The notes under the pieces: model-generated | Told to the model about the DNA's origin: nothing | The model's input: only the letters and a program-made list of their open reading frames with translations | Database searches by the model: none | From: Patescibacteria group bacterium | GTDB taxonomy: Bacteria > Patescibacteriota > Microgenomatia > Levybacterales > GWA1-39-11 | Length of the DNA stretch: 64,000 nt | Reading direction: 5' to 3' | NCBI GenBank assembly: GCA_035549295.1 | Contig: DASZRG010000043.1 | Location: 1,910 to 65,909 of the forward strand | Position numbers and translations under genes: made by a program | Shown here: one piece after another, positions 38,925 to 48,696 of the stretch | Layout: every line of letters begins with the position of its first letter | Numbering within the stretch: the stretch's first letter is position 1

Positions 38925-39003
38925 GTGACATTTATTCTAATCATTTCTGATCATTTTTTCAAGCACAAATACGCCTGAGCTGGTTGGAAGATTGGAGAGA
39001 CTA

Positions 39004-39483
39004 TTACCAGCGGAAGTGAGAGAAGGCTTTGTTAGCCTCTGCCATGCGGTGTGCAACATCGCGCTTTTTAATAGCTTCACCTTCATTTTTTGTCGCTGCG
39101 ATAAGTTCTGCGGCAAGTTTTTCAGAAAAAGTCTTGAATTCTGCTGTTGGTCTTTTTTTGGCTGCTTCTAGAATCCAGCGAATAGCAAGAGCTGTTTTTC
39201 GTGCACCTCGGACTTCTGTTGGAACTTGATAAGCAGCACCACCGATGCGTCGTGCTTTAACTTCTACTTTTGGTCCAACCGCCTCGAGAGCACCCTCAAA
39301 TATCTCAACAGGATTACCTTCTTTTTTGAGAATTTCAAAAGCATCCATCATGACTTTCTGAGCAATGGTCTTTTTACCATCAACCATAAGTCTGTTGGTG
39401 AACATAGACACTAAAATATTTCCGTAGACCGGATCACCTTTTATTTCGTGTCTTTTTATTTTTTTACTTACTCCACGTGCCAT
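39004..39483 (-). CDS. rpsG: 30S ribosomal protein S7
   Basis: RRIGGAAYQVP, MAEANKAFSHFRW. Confidence 0.98.
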   Translation of the reverse strand: MARGVSKKIKRHEIKGDPVYGNILVSMFTNRLMVDGKKTIAQKVMMDAFEILKKEGNPVEIFEGALEAVGPKVEVKARRIGGAAYQVPTEVRGARKTALAIRWILEAAKKRPTAEFKTFSEKLAAELIAATKNEGEAIKKRDVAHRMAEANKAFSHFRW

Positions 39484-39484
39484 A

Positions 39485-39519
39485 AATTTAGATATTAGAT
39501 ACTAGTAACTAGATATTAG
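39485..39519. repeat. Heptamer arm filling the rpsL-rpsG spacer
   Basis: aatttag atattag atactag taactag atattag. Confidence 0.85.
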
Positions 39520-39520
39520 G

Positions 39521-39943
39521 TTATGCGGCGGCGGCGGCTGGTCGCTTTGAACCATATCTACTTCTTGATGTTCTTCGTGTCTCAACCCCTGCAAGATCGA
39601 ATTTACCACGAACCAAGTGATATTTAACTCCTGGTAAATCTTTTACACGACCACCACGAACCAAAACGATACCGTGTTCTGCTAAATTGTGACCAATACC
39701 CTGTATGTATGCTGTTACCTCTTCTCGGTTGGACAACTTAACACGGGCAACTTTACGAAGTGCTGAATTAGGTTTTTTAGGAGTCATTGTACGGACGAGC
39801 GTTACAACTCCACGCTTTTGAGGCGAAGGAACCTCAGAATAAGTACGAAGTTTGGCATTAAAAATAGTACGCAAACCTGTTGCTTTTATTTTCTTTGATT
39901 TTTTCGAACGACCTTTTCTTATTAACTGATTAAGTGTAGGCAT
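39521..39943 (-). CDS. rpsL: 30S ribosomal protein S12
   Basis: [23 protein letters not shown]. Confidence 0.99.
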   Translation of the reverse strand: MPTLNQLIRKGRSKKSKKIKATGLRTIFNAKLRTYSEVPSPQKRGVVTLVRTMTPKKPNSALRKVARVKLSNREEVTAYIQGIGHNLAEHGIVLVRGGRVKDLPGVKYHLVRGKFDLAGVETRRTSRSRYGSKRPAAAAA

Positions 39944-39994
39944 TGTCGTATTGTACTATAAATCGTGCTCAAATACCAGTATTTAAACAAATTG

Positions 39995-40098
39995 ACCAAG
40001 AACCAAATTCCAAATTCCAAACCAAATTTAAAAGTTAAATTTTAAATTGTTTAAACATTGATGATTTGTTAATAGGTGCTTGGTGAATTGATTATTAG
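39995..40098. repeat. Gene-less heptamer element of the four-helix-bundle flank type
   Basis: accaaga accaaat tccaaat tccaaac ... taggtgc ttggtga attgatt. Confidence 0.75.
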
Positions 40099-40108
40099 GA
40101 AGTGAGAA

Positions 40109-43100
40109 TTAGGCAGCTGAGGCAGCCTCAACTACAGGCTCTGCTTCTTCTTTTTGTGCTCCGACGTTTGCTTCCATGAATTCACCACGAACTGGGATAA
40201 GACGACCAACGATGACATTTTCTTTAAGCCCAATAAGATGGTCTATTCTACCTTCAAGTGCTGCATCTGTTAGAACCTGAGTTGTCTCCTGGAAGGAGGA
40301 TGCTGACAACCATGAATCTGTAACGAGTGATGCTTTTGTTATACCAAGTACAATCTCTCGTGCAGATGCTGGCTCTCCACCTTCTGAGATAATATTTGCA
40401 TTTTCTTCCTCAAATCTGAGCTTTGAAACGAGGTCGCCAGGCATAAGAGCTGTGTCGCCTGGTGTCTCAATCATAACTTTATCAGACATTTTTCGAATGA
40501 TAGTCTCAAAATGCTTGTAGTGAATAGCAATACCCTGTGACTCGTAAACGTTCTGAATCTCATCAATAAGATATTGTTGTGACGCACGAAGACCTGAAAT
40601 CTTTAAGATATCGCGTGGATCAAGGTAACCCTCACAAAGCTGTGTTCCTGCAACAACATTTTCACCTTCCTCAACGAGAATTGTTGAAGTAAGAGGTACA
40701 AAATATTCACGCTCATCAACTGGCTTTGATTTGGTATTTCTAACTCTTATGATATACCCATCTTCAACCTTGGTAACTTCAACTTTTCCTGCGATTTCAG
40801 CAACAGGTGCAAGAACCTTTGGACGTCTTACCTCGAAAAGCTCCTCAACACGTGGTAGACCCTGGGTAACGTCAGACATAACGACTCCTCCAAAATGACG
40901 AACACGCATGGTAAGCTGGGTTCCAGGCTCTCCAATCGACTGAGCTGCTATAACTCCAACTGGTGTACCTTGATCTGCTCGCTTGTAAGCTGAGAGGTCC
41001 CATCCGTAACACGCTGCACAAAGACCGTATTTAAGTCTACAGAAAAGTGGTGAGCGAACAATAATCTCAGCAATTGAGTCATCTGCTAGAATTTGTGCAA
41101 GCATTTCGTAGTTAACCTCATCTCCTTTTTTAACGAGAGTCTTTTTGTCGCGCTTTGAAACAACGTCTTTTAGAACTACACGACCCAAAATCATGCTTGT
41201 CATGTATGTTTCGTTGTCGCGCTTTTCCATCTCGACTGGAATACCCTCGTCAACTCCACAATCCTCTTCGCGGATAATAACATCGTGGGCAACGTCAACA
41301 AGTCTTCTAGTCAAATATCCTGCGTCTGCTGTCTTAAGAGCTGAATCGGTCAATCCTTTTCTTGAACCACGAGCTGAGTTAACGTATTCGAAAATTGAAA
41401 GACCTTCTCTAAAGTTTGACTTAATTGGAAGTTCAACGATTCGTCCCATTGGATCGAAAATAAGACCACGCATTGCAGCAAGCTGCTTAATCTGATCTTT
41501 TCCAGCACGAGCTCCTCCTGACTCAGCAATAATGCGAACAATATCGTTTTTGTCAAACAGATCCCATGTAAGATTTGCCATCTTTTCAGTTGCTTCAAGC
41601 CATACGTCATTTGAAAGACGTCGCTGCTCAGAATGAGTTATAAGACCGTTTTGGTATTCCTGCTCAATCTCAGAGATCTTCGCTTCTGCTTCATCAATAA
41701 GCTTGTCTTTGTTATCAAGTCTCTTCAAATCAAAGGTTGAAACTGAAATACCAGATAAGGTTGCTGCATAAAATCCAATACCTTTTATATTGTCGATCAA
41801 GTGTGCAACCTCTTCCTCTGAACAAATTACCATTGCTCGTGTAATAAGTTCTTTAATAGTTGATGCTTTAACTTCGCGATTAACAAATTTGAGTGACTCA
41901 GGAAGTCTTTCGTTGAAGAGAATTCTTCCAATCGAAGTCTCAATGAGTGCTCCGCTCAGTCGAACCATAATAGGTTCACGAACCTGAATTTTCTTAAGTG
42001 AGAATGCGAGATGCGCCTCTTCTTCGCTTGAGAATGTAGGAATAGTTTCGCGTCTTGTTCTCTCATCGATTGATGTGAGGTAGAAAACACCAAGAGCCAT
42101 TTCTTTGTTTGGAAGAGTAATAGGTGCACCATCTGCTGGCTTGAGCAAGTTGTGCTGCGGCATCATAAGACTGATTGCCTCCTCTTGTGCTTTCTGTGAA
42201 AGAGGAATGTGAATTGCCATCTGATCTCCATCAAAGTCAGCATTGTATCCAGCGCAGACACAAGGATGGATCTTTATAGCCGATCCTTCAACGAGAACTG
42301 GGTAAAATGCCTGAATACCTAGCTTGTGAAGAGTTGGAGCACGATTCAGGAGAACTGGGTGGTTACGTGTAATTTCTTCCAAGATATCAAATATCTCAGG
42401 TGAGCGGCGCTCAATAAATCTCTTTGCAGCTTTGACATTGGGGGTCGTGAGACCTCGTGCTATAACTTCACGAATAACAAACGGTTTGAAAAGCTCAAGT
42501 GCCATTTCTTTTGGAAGACCACACTGGTTAAGAGTGAGCTCTGGACCAACGATGATAACTGATCTACCTGAATAATCGACTCTTTTTCCAAGAAGATTCT
42601 TTCTAAATCGACCTTGTTTACCTCGCAAAATATCTGAAAGTGATTTGAATTGCTTTTGAGTTTGTGAAGTTCTTATTGAGGTATCAATAAGGTAATCAAC
42701 TGATTCTTGAAGCATTCTTTTTTCGTTTCTCAAAATAATCTCAGGTGCACCAAGTGAAATAAGGTGCTTCAAGCGGTTATTTCGGTTAATAACACGGCGG
42801 TAAAGATCGTTTAAGTCAGATGTCGCAAATCGTCCACCGTTAAGCTGAACCATAGGACGAAGATCTGGTGGAAGAACTGGAAGGACTTCGAGAACTAATG
42901 ACTCTGGTGAGAATCCTGCCTTGTTAACTGACTCGATCAAGTGTTGACGCTTGAGAAGCTTGAGCTGTTTTTGACCTGATGACTTTTGCACTTCTTCACG
43001 AAGATCACCGATAAGTTTTGTGAAATCAACTGACTGAATAGCATGCAGTATTGCAGCAGCACCTGTCTCAACTTCGAAGAAGATTGGGACATCATATTCA

Positions 43101-43888
43101 ATAAGTCTTACGTACTCTTCCTCAGAGATAACATCCCAAAGCTTAAGACCTTTAATAATGTCGCCAACTCTTGAGAAAATTTCCTCAGTTCTTGAAATTT
43201 CTGTCTCAAGTCTTTTGTCGAGTGCAATCTTTTTCTGGCGATATACAACATCAGTCTCCTCAAGGATAAGTTCTTTCTGCTCATCTGGAAGTTTTCCCTT
43301 TACGCCTTTTACCTTTTCTTTTTCTTCCTCACCAAGTGCCTTTAGTTCCTCTTCAACTTGTGCTTTAAGATTCTTAACCCTTTCTTCTTTTATGTCATTT
43401 ATTGTCTTTTGAGCATCTTTTCTCTTATCCTCATCAATCTTTGTAACAAGATATGAAGCAAAGTAAACAACTGACTCTAGATCTTTTTGTGCTATATCAA
43501 GAAGCGTTGAGAGCTTTGAAGGGCTTCCCTTTGAAAACCAGATGTGAACTACTGGACATGCAAGTGATATGTGACCCATGCGCTCACGTCTTACTCTTGA
43601 ATAAGTGACCTCGACTCCACATCTATCACAAACTATACCCTTGTATCGAATTCTTTTGTATTTTCCACAGTAACATTCGAAATCGCGCGTAGGACCAAAA
43701 ATACGCTCATCAAAAAGTCCGTCTTTTTCAGGTCGGTATGTTCTATAGTTTATGGTCTCAGGCTTTGTGATCTCACCGTATGAGTAAGTTTTTATATCCT
43801 GTGACTCTGCAACCAATACCTTAAGACCTTTAAAGTCTGAAATATTAATTGCGTCAAATTTTTTATCTTTTCGTGTTTTTGGCTCCAT
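40109..43888 (-). CDS. rpoC: RNA polymerase beta' subunit
   Basis: NADFDGD, CYCGKYK zinc finger; start placed at MEPKT. Confidence 0.98.
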   Translation of the reverse strand: MEPKTRKDKKFDAINISDFKGLKVLVAESQDIKTYSYGEITKPETINYRTYRPEKDGLFDERIFGPTRDFECYCGKYKRIRYKGIVCDRCGVEVTYSRVRRERMGHISLACPVVHIWFSKGSPSKLSTLLDIAQKDLESVVYFASYLVTKIDEDKRKDAQKTINDIKEERVKNLKAQVEEELKALGEEEKEKVKGVKGKLPDEQKELILEETDVVYRQKKIALDKRLETEISRTEEIFSRVGDIIKGLKLWDVISEEEYVRLIEYDVPIFFEVETGAAAILHAIQSVDFTKLIGDLREEVQKSSGQKQLKLLKRQHLIESVNKAGFSPESLVLEVLPVLPPDLRPMVQLNGGRFATSDLNDLYRRVINRNNRLKHLISLGAPEIILRNEKRMLQESVDYLIDTSIRTSQTQKQFKSLSDILRGKQGRFRKNLLGKRVDYSGRSVIIVGPELTLNQCGLPKEMALELFKPFVIREVIARGLTTPNVKAAKRFIERRSPEIFDILEEITRNHPVLLNRAPTLHKLGIQAFYPVLVEGSAIKIHPCVCAGYNADFDGDQMAIHIPLSQKAQEEAISLMMPQHNLLKPADGAPITLPNKEMALGVFYLTSIDERTRRETIPTFSSEEEAHLAFSLKKIQVREPIMVRLSGALIETSIGRILFNERLPESLKFVNREVKASTIKELITRAMVICSEEEVAHLIDNIKGIGFYAATLSGISVSTFDLKRLDNKDKLIDEAEAKISEIEQEYQNGLITHSEQRRLSNDVWLEATEKMANLTWDLFDKNDIVRIIAESGGARAGKDQIKQLAAMRGLIFDPMGRIVELPIKSNFREGLSIFEYVNSARGSRKGLTDSALKTADAGYLTRRLVDVAHDVIIREEDCGVDEGIPVEMEKRDNETYMTSMILGRVVLKDVVSKRDKKTLVKKGDEVNYEMLAQILADDSIAEIIVRSPLFCRLKYGLCAACYGWDLSAYKRADQGTPVGVIAAQSIGEPGTQLTMRVRHFGGVVMSDVTQGLPRVEELFEVRRPKVLAPVAEIAGKVEVTKVEDGYIIRVRNTKSKPVDEREYFVPLTSTILVEEGENVVAGTQLCEGYLDPRDILKISGLRASQQYLIDEIQNVYESQGIAIHYKHFETIIRKMSDKVMIETPGDTALMPGDLVSKLRFEEENANIISEGGEPASAREIVLGITKASLVTDSWLSASSFQETTQVLTDAALEGRIDHLIGLKENVIVGRLIPVRGEFMEANVGAQKEEAEPVVEAASAA

Positions 43889-43910
43889 AAATATTAATTG
43901 AGGTCGTTTA

Positions 43911-46900
43911 TTATACGCCTGTTTCCTCCTTTGCTGCAATCAGATCTTCCTCAGTTGGCTCAGCTGTCTCATCAAGTGATGCTGCAACTTCCTCTTCTCC
44001 TCCAAATGCTTCCTCAACTTCTTTTTCCGTGGCGACATCAACACCCTCAAGGCTCTCTTTTAACTCTTCTGCTTCTTGCTTCAATTCTTCTTGCTTCTCA
44101 GATGTGTCTTCTGCATCGTCTGCAACTATTGCCTGCATAGGAACAATATTAAGCGATAACGACTGTAGCTCACGAATAAGAACTTTAAATGACTCAGGAA
44201 CGCGAGGCGTTGGAATATCAACACTCTTAATTATAGCCTCAAAAGCCTTTGCGCGACCTGAAACGTCATCTGACTTGATGGTCAACATCTCCTGAAGAGT
44301 GTATGCTGCACGATGCGACTCAAGTGCCCAAACCTCCATCTCTCCAAGACGCTGTCCTCCCATTTGCGCTTTTCCTCCAAGCGGCTGTTGAGTAACAAGT
44401 GAGTATGGTCCAGTTGATCTTGCGTGTGCTTTATCCTCAACCATGTGGATAAGCTTCATGATGTAACCAATACCAACAACGACATCATTCTCATATGGAT
44501 CACCAGTTCGAGCATCATATAGCTTCATTTTTCCATTGTCAGGCATTCCAGCATCTTTCATAAGACCCATGTATCGATCCTCGTCCATCTTTTCAAAAAC
44601 AGGAAGAGCAAGCTTGAGACCAAGTCTTTTTGCAGCGAGTCCAAGGTGAGCCTCAAGAAGCTGACCTAAATTCATACGTCCGAGTACTGAAATTGGGGAA
44701 ATAATGATATCGACTGGAGTACCATCTTCAAGATAAGGCATGTCTGAATCTGGAACTATCTTTGAAATAACTCCTTTATTTCCGTGACGTCCAGCGAGTT
44801 TATCTCCAACAACAACGTGACGAATCTGTGCAACTTCAACTTGCATCTTTTTGATCGTTCCAGGTTCAAGCTCATCACCACGTTCTCGGTCAAGAACCTG
44901 TACGCTTGTGACTATTCCGTGCTCACCATGAGGCATGCGAAGCGATGTGTCGCGAACTTCACGTGCTTTTTCACCAAAGATTGCACGAAGAAGTCTTTCT
45001 TCTGCGGTAAGCTCTGTCTCGCCCTTTGGAGCGATTTTACCGACTAAAATGTCGCCTGGTTTTACTTCAGAACCAACAACAACTACACCCTCGTCATCAA
45101 GATTTGCCAAGTCTTCCTCTGCGACATTTGGGATATCGCGTGTTGTCTCCTCAGGTCCAAGCTTAGTATCAACAACAGTTGCCTCATATTTTTCGATGTG
45201 AACTGAAGTCAGCGAATCGTCACGGACCAAACGGTCTGAAATAACGATAGCATCCTCATATCCAAGCCCATCAAATGATGCGTATGCGATGACCAAATTT
45301 TTACCAAGCGCGAGTTCTCCAAGCTCTGATGCAGGACCATCAATAAGGATATCGCCTTTTTTGATTTTTTGACCAGCAGTTACGACAGGTGCCTGATTGA
45401 AGAAAGTATTTTGAGCTGTTCTTTTGAATTTCTCAATCTTGAATGTTTGGGTCTCACCGCGACCATTCCCTTTTATAGTAACTTTGTTGGCATCGACAAA
45501 TATAACTTCCCCGTCATATGGAGCTGTTATAACGCGTGCCATAGCAGAACTTACAGAGCCTTCCATACCTGTTCCAATGATTGGACTTTCACTTTTAATA
45601 AGTGGAACAGCCTGACACTGCATGTGGGTACCCATAAGAGCACGGTTTGCTTCATCGTGATCGACAAAAGGAATAAGAGCCGCTGATGTTCCAACGACCT
45701 GGCGTGGAATAATATCTATGTATTCAACTTTTTCGCGTTCGACTTCAAGATATTCACCCTTGTAGCGAACTGGAAGAAGCTCGTCTGTGATATATCCATC
45801 TTTATCGATTCTGATATCTGCATGAGTGATGTAGTGCTCAAGTTCTGTGGCTGCATCCATATATACAACTTCATCAGTTACTCGAAGTTTGGACTTCTCG
45901 TGGACAACCTTTTTGTATGGAGCCTCCAAAAATCCATACTCATTGACTTTTGTGTAAAGAGCAAGATAGGTAACAAGTCCAATGTTTGGACCCTCAGGAG
46001 AGCGAACTGGACAAATTCTTGAATACTGAGATGAGTTAATATCACGAATCGAGAAGGAAGCACGCTCACGTGAAATACCACCGGTTCCCATAACAGTTAG
46101 ACGTCTGACGTTATCTATTTCTGAGAGTGGATTTGTCTGGTCAAGAATTGCTGAAAGCTGTGATGTTCTGAAGAATTCGTTAATTGCAGCTATTATTGGA
46201 TGAGCGTTTATAAAGTGTGATGGAGCATATTGTTCTTCAACTGATGCAAGACTCATTTTTTCTTTAATGATTCTTTCAAGTCTTAGTGCACCAACACGAA
46301 AAGCTGTTGTCTGAACGAGTTCTCCGATTGAGCGAATACGTCTGTTTGAAAGATGATCTATATCGTCGATATTTCCTTTACCGTTTTGGAGATTTATAAG
46401 GTATGACATGATACCAATTACGTCGTCGATTGTGAGTGTGAACCCGTCTGGAGCGTTGAATGTTGGGATTGCAGATAGCTTCTGGTTAACCTTATAACGA
46501 CCGACGCGAGATAGATCGTAGCGTCTTCTATCAAAGAATGAATCACGGAAATTTTGGCGGATAGTGTCGATAACCACAGGCTCTCCAGGATTCATTTTCT
46601 TGAAGATCTCAATAAGAGCATCAGTACCACCCTTTGTTTCATCTTTTTCGATAGTGTTCTTTATAAATATCTCGGCTGCTTCAACCCCTTTGAATTTCTC
46701 ATAAATCTCTTCATTTGTCTCTATTCCGAGCGCTTTAAGAAAAACAGATGCGAGGAATTTCTTGCGGCGATCAACTCTGACAACAACCATATCTGTTCTT
46801 GTAGTTGAAAATTCAAGCCATGAACCATGAACAGGCCTCATTTCAGCCGTGTAGAGAGTCTTACCAGTAATTGGATCTTCAACTGCTGTGAAGAAAACAC

Positions 46901-47315
46901 CAGGCGAGCGAACAATCTGTGAGACGATAACTCTTTCTATACCATTAACAATAAATGTACCGCGGTCGGTCATTTTTGGTACTTCACCCAGAAAAACATT
47001 TTGCTTTGTGCTTTTTCCAGTCTTTTTGTTAACAAGAGTTGCTTCAACTGTAAGAGGAGTAAAGTATGTAAGACCTTTGTTGAGTGCTATTTCTTCAGTA
47101 ATTTTAGGATCTCCGAGCTTGTAGTCGCCAAGTGCGAGTTCCCAATTTTTACCAGTGAAGTCTTCGATAGGAGATATTTCGTCAATTACTTCTTTGATAC
47201 CTTCTTCGATAAACCACTTATAGGACTCTTTCTGGATAGAAAGGAGATCTAACTCTGGTAGTGCTTTTTCAATTTTTCCCCAGTACTGCCTTGGGCTGCC
47301 AACTTTTTTTGTCAT
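43911..47315 (-). CDS. rpoB: RNA polymerase beta subunit
   Basis: GDKLAGRHGNKG, GGQRLGEME. Confidence 0.99.
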   Translation of the reverse strand: MTKKVGSPRQYWGKIEKALPELDLLSIQKESYKWFIEEGIKEVIDEISPIEDFTGKNWELALGDYKLGDPKITEEIALNKGLTYFTPLTVEATLVNKKTGKSTKQNVFLGEVPKMTDRGTFIVNGIERVIVSQIVRSPGVFFTAVEDPITGKTLYTAEMRPVHGSWLEFSTTRTDMVVVRVDRRKKFLASVFLKALGIETNEEIYEKFKGVEAAEIFIKNTIEKDETKGGTDALIEIFKKMNPGEPVVIDTIRQNFRDSFFDRRRYDLSRVGRYKVNQKLSAIPTFNAPDGFTLTIDDVIGIMSYLINLQNGKGNIDDIDHLSNRRIRSIGELVQTTAFRVGALRLERIIKEKMSLASVEEQYAPSHFINAHPIIAAINEFFRTSQLSAILDQTNPLSEIDNVRRLTVMGTGGISRERASFSIRDINSSQYSRICPVRSPEGPNIGLVTYLALYTKVNEYGFLEAPYKKVVHEKSKLRVTDEVVYMDAATELEHYITHADIRIDKDGYITDELLPVRYKGEYLEVEREKVEYIDIIPRQVVGTSAALIPFVDHDEANRALMGTHMQCQAVPLIKSESPIIGTGMEGSVSSAMARVITAPYDGEVIFVDANKVTIKGNGRGETQTFKIEKFKRTAQNTFFNQAPVVTAGQKIKKGDILIDGPASELGELALGKNLVIAYASFDGLGYEDAIVISDRLVRDDSLTSVHIEKYEATVVDTKLGPEETTRDIPNVAEEDLANLDDEGVVVVGSEVKPGDILVGKIAPKGETELTAEERLLRAIFGEKAREVRDTSLRMPHGEHGIVTSVQVLDRERGDELEPGTIKKMQVEVAQIRHVVVGDKLAGRHGNKGVISKIVPDSDMPYLEDGTPVDIIISPISVLGRMNLGQLLEAHLGLAAKRLGLKLALPVFEKMDEDRYMGLMKDAGMPDNGKMKLYDARTGDPYENDVVVGIGYIMKLIHMVEDKAHARSTGPYSLVTQQPLGGKAQMGGQRLGEMEVWALESHRAAYTLQEMLTIKSDDVSGRAKAFEAIIKSVDIPTPRVPESFKVLIRELQSLSLNIVPMQAIVADDAEDTSEKQEELKQEAEELKESLEGVDVATEKEVEEAFGGEEEVAASLDETAEPTEEDLIAAKEETGV

Positions 47316-47428
47316 TAGAAATAACTTCTAGGAAGGGCTGCCTTTAGAACAAAAAAAACGGAAGGTACAGTGTACCCCCTCATTCAAAAGGCTCGATAAT
47401 TTATATACTATGGCTCGTGCTTTGTCAA
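47316..47428 (-). promoter_or_regulatory. rpoB promoter and structured leader with terminator-like hairpin
   Basis: TTGACA-17-TATAAA; GGGGUAC-ACU-GUACCUUCC followed by G-U8. Confidence 0.7.
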
Positions 47429-47459
47429 GCACCAGTTTTGAGTAAAGTATCGTGTATGG

Positions 47460-47616
47460 TTGCGAGTTAACGGGTTTGCGGGTTAATGAGTTAATTTCCA
47501 GTTATTATTTACTATTTTTTGCTTAATACTCTTCCCGCAACTATTACTTTGGGACTAGATCAGACCTGTTACCGCTTGGCTTAAACTAACAGCTAAAAGC
47601 TAACTGCTAAACGCTT
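47460..47616. repeat. Octamer arm plus heptamer arm between mltG and rpoB
   Basis: ttgcgagt taacgggt ttgcgggt taatgagt; ctaacag ctaaaag ctaactg ctaaacg. Confidence 0.75.
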
Positions 47617-47624
47617 GCTTAGAC

Positions 47625-48578
47625 CTAGAGGTACTTTTGGATATTGGCGGCGTGGCCTTCTGAGGTCTTTGCCGGGTGAATGTGGCCTTCCTTATCAGAT
47701 ATATAGTACATATAGTCTGTTGTTGCCGGATTTAGAGCTGCTTGAATTGCCTGAACACCAGGGTTATCAATCGGTCCTGGGGGAAGTCCTACATGCTGAT
47801 AAGTATTGTAAAGCGAGTTAACTTTTAGATCATCAAATGTCAATTCCTGCTTCCACCACTTACCAGTATCGCTCTGATAACCAAGAGCATAAGCAACTGA
47901 TGGGTCAACCTGAAGCGCCATCCCATCATCAAGTCTATTGTGAATAACTGATGAAACGATTGGAAAATCAGCTGCAAACTTTGCTTCTTTTTGAATAATG
48001 GAGGCGATAATAACCGCATTCATAAAACCTGTGTTGCTTTCCGAAATACCTGATTCTTGCATTCTCTTATCAAAATTGTTCTTCATCATCACAATAACCT
48101 GATCAACGCTTGCGTCTCGAGGAATAAGATAAGTATCTGGAAAAAGATAGCCTTCCTGAGCATCAAGCTTGGGTCTCCATGAGTCATCATATGAAGGAAG
48201 GTTCTTTTTGAAAACGTCTGCAATTTCCTCAGCTCGAAGTCCTTCTGGAATTGTTACCCAGCGGTCAAGTGTCCCATGATTTAGAGTCTCAATGATCGCT
48301 GCAAGACTCATAGATGGCGAAAGCCTATAATCCCCCGCTTGAATCTGCTTGTCTTGGTCATTGAGCTTTACATATATAAAAAATGCAACGGCGTCTTTTA
48401 TGAGGCCGTCTTTTTTGAGGTTATTTCCAACTTCGCGAATTGCTTCACCGCGATTTATCACGAAAATTTTCTGACTCTTATCATGCGGATTTACCGGTGC
48501 GTTGCCAGATATCCAGTACATAATCCCGGCTAAAACAACAATACCTACAATAATTAGAGCTATTAAAGGCTTCTTCAT
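47625..48578 (-). CDS. mltG: Endolytic transglycosylase MltG
   Basis: VTIPEG, EGYLFPDTY, ASIIQKE, YNTY..GLPPGPI. Confidence 0.95.
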   Translation of the reverse strand: MKKPLIALIIVGIVVLAGIMYWISGNAPVNPHDKSQKIFVINRGEAIREVGNNLKKDGLIKDAVAFFIYVKLNDQDKQIQAGDYRLSPSMSLAAIIETLNHGTLDRWVTIPEGLRAEEIADVFKKNLPSYDDSWRPKLDAQEGYLFPDTYLIPRDASVDQVIVMMKNNFDKRMQESGISESNTGFMNAVIIASIIQKEAKFAADFPIVSSVIHNRLDDGMALQVDPSVAYALGYQSDTGKWWKQELTFDDLKVNSLYNTYQHVGLPPGPIDNPGVQAIQAALNPATTDYMYYISDKEGHIHPAKTSEGHAANIQKYL

Positions 48579-48634
48579 AACATGCTATTTTACCATATTG
48601 TTATCAGTCAGAAAATCGAACGGCTAAACAATAT

Positions 48635-48694
48635 ACATTTGACCTTTGACATGTGACTAAAAAGGTCAATTGTCAATTGTTAAATGTCACATGT
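48635..48694. repeat. Inverted heptamer element (CAATTGT type)
   Basis: acatttg acctttg acatgtg ... caattgt caattgt taaatgt cacatgt. Confidence 0.85.
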
Positions 48695-48696
48695 TA

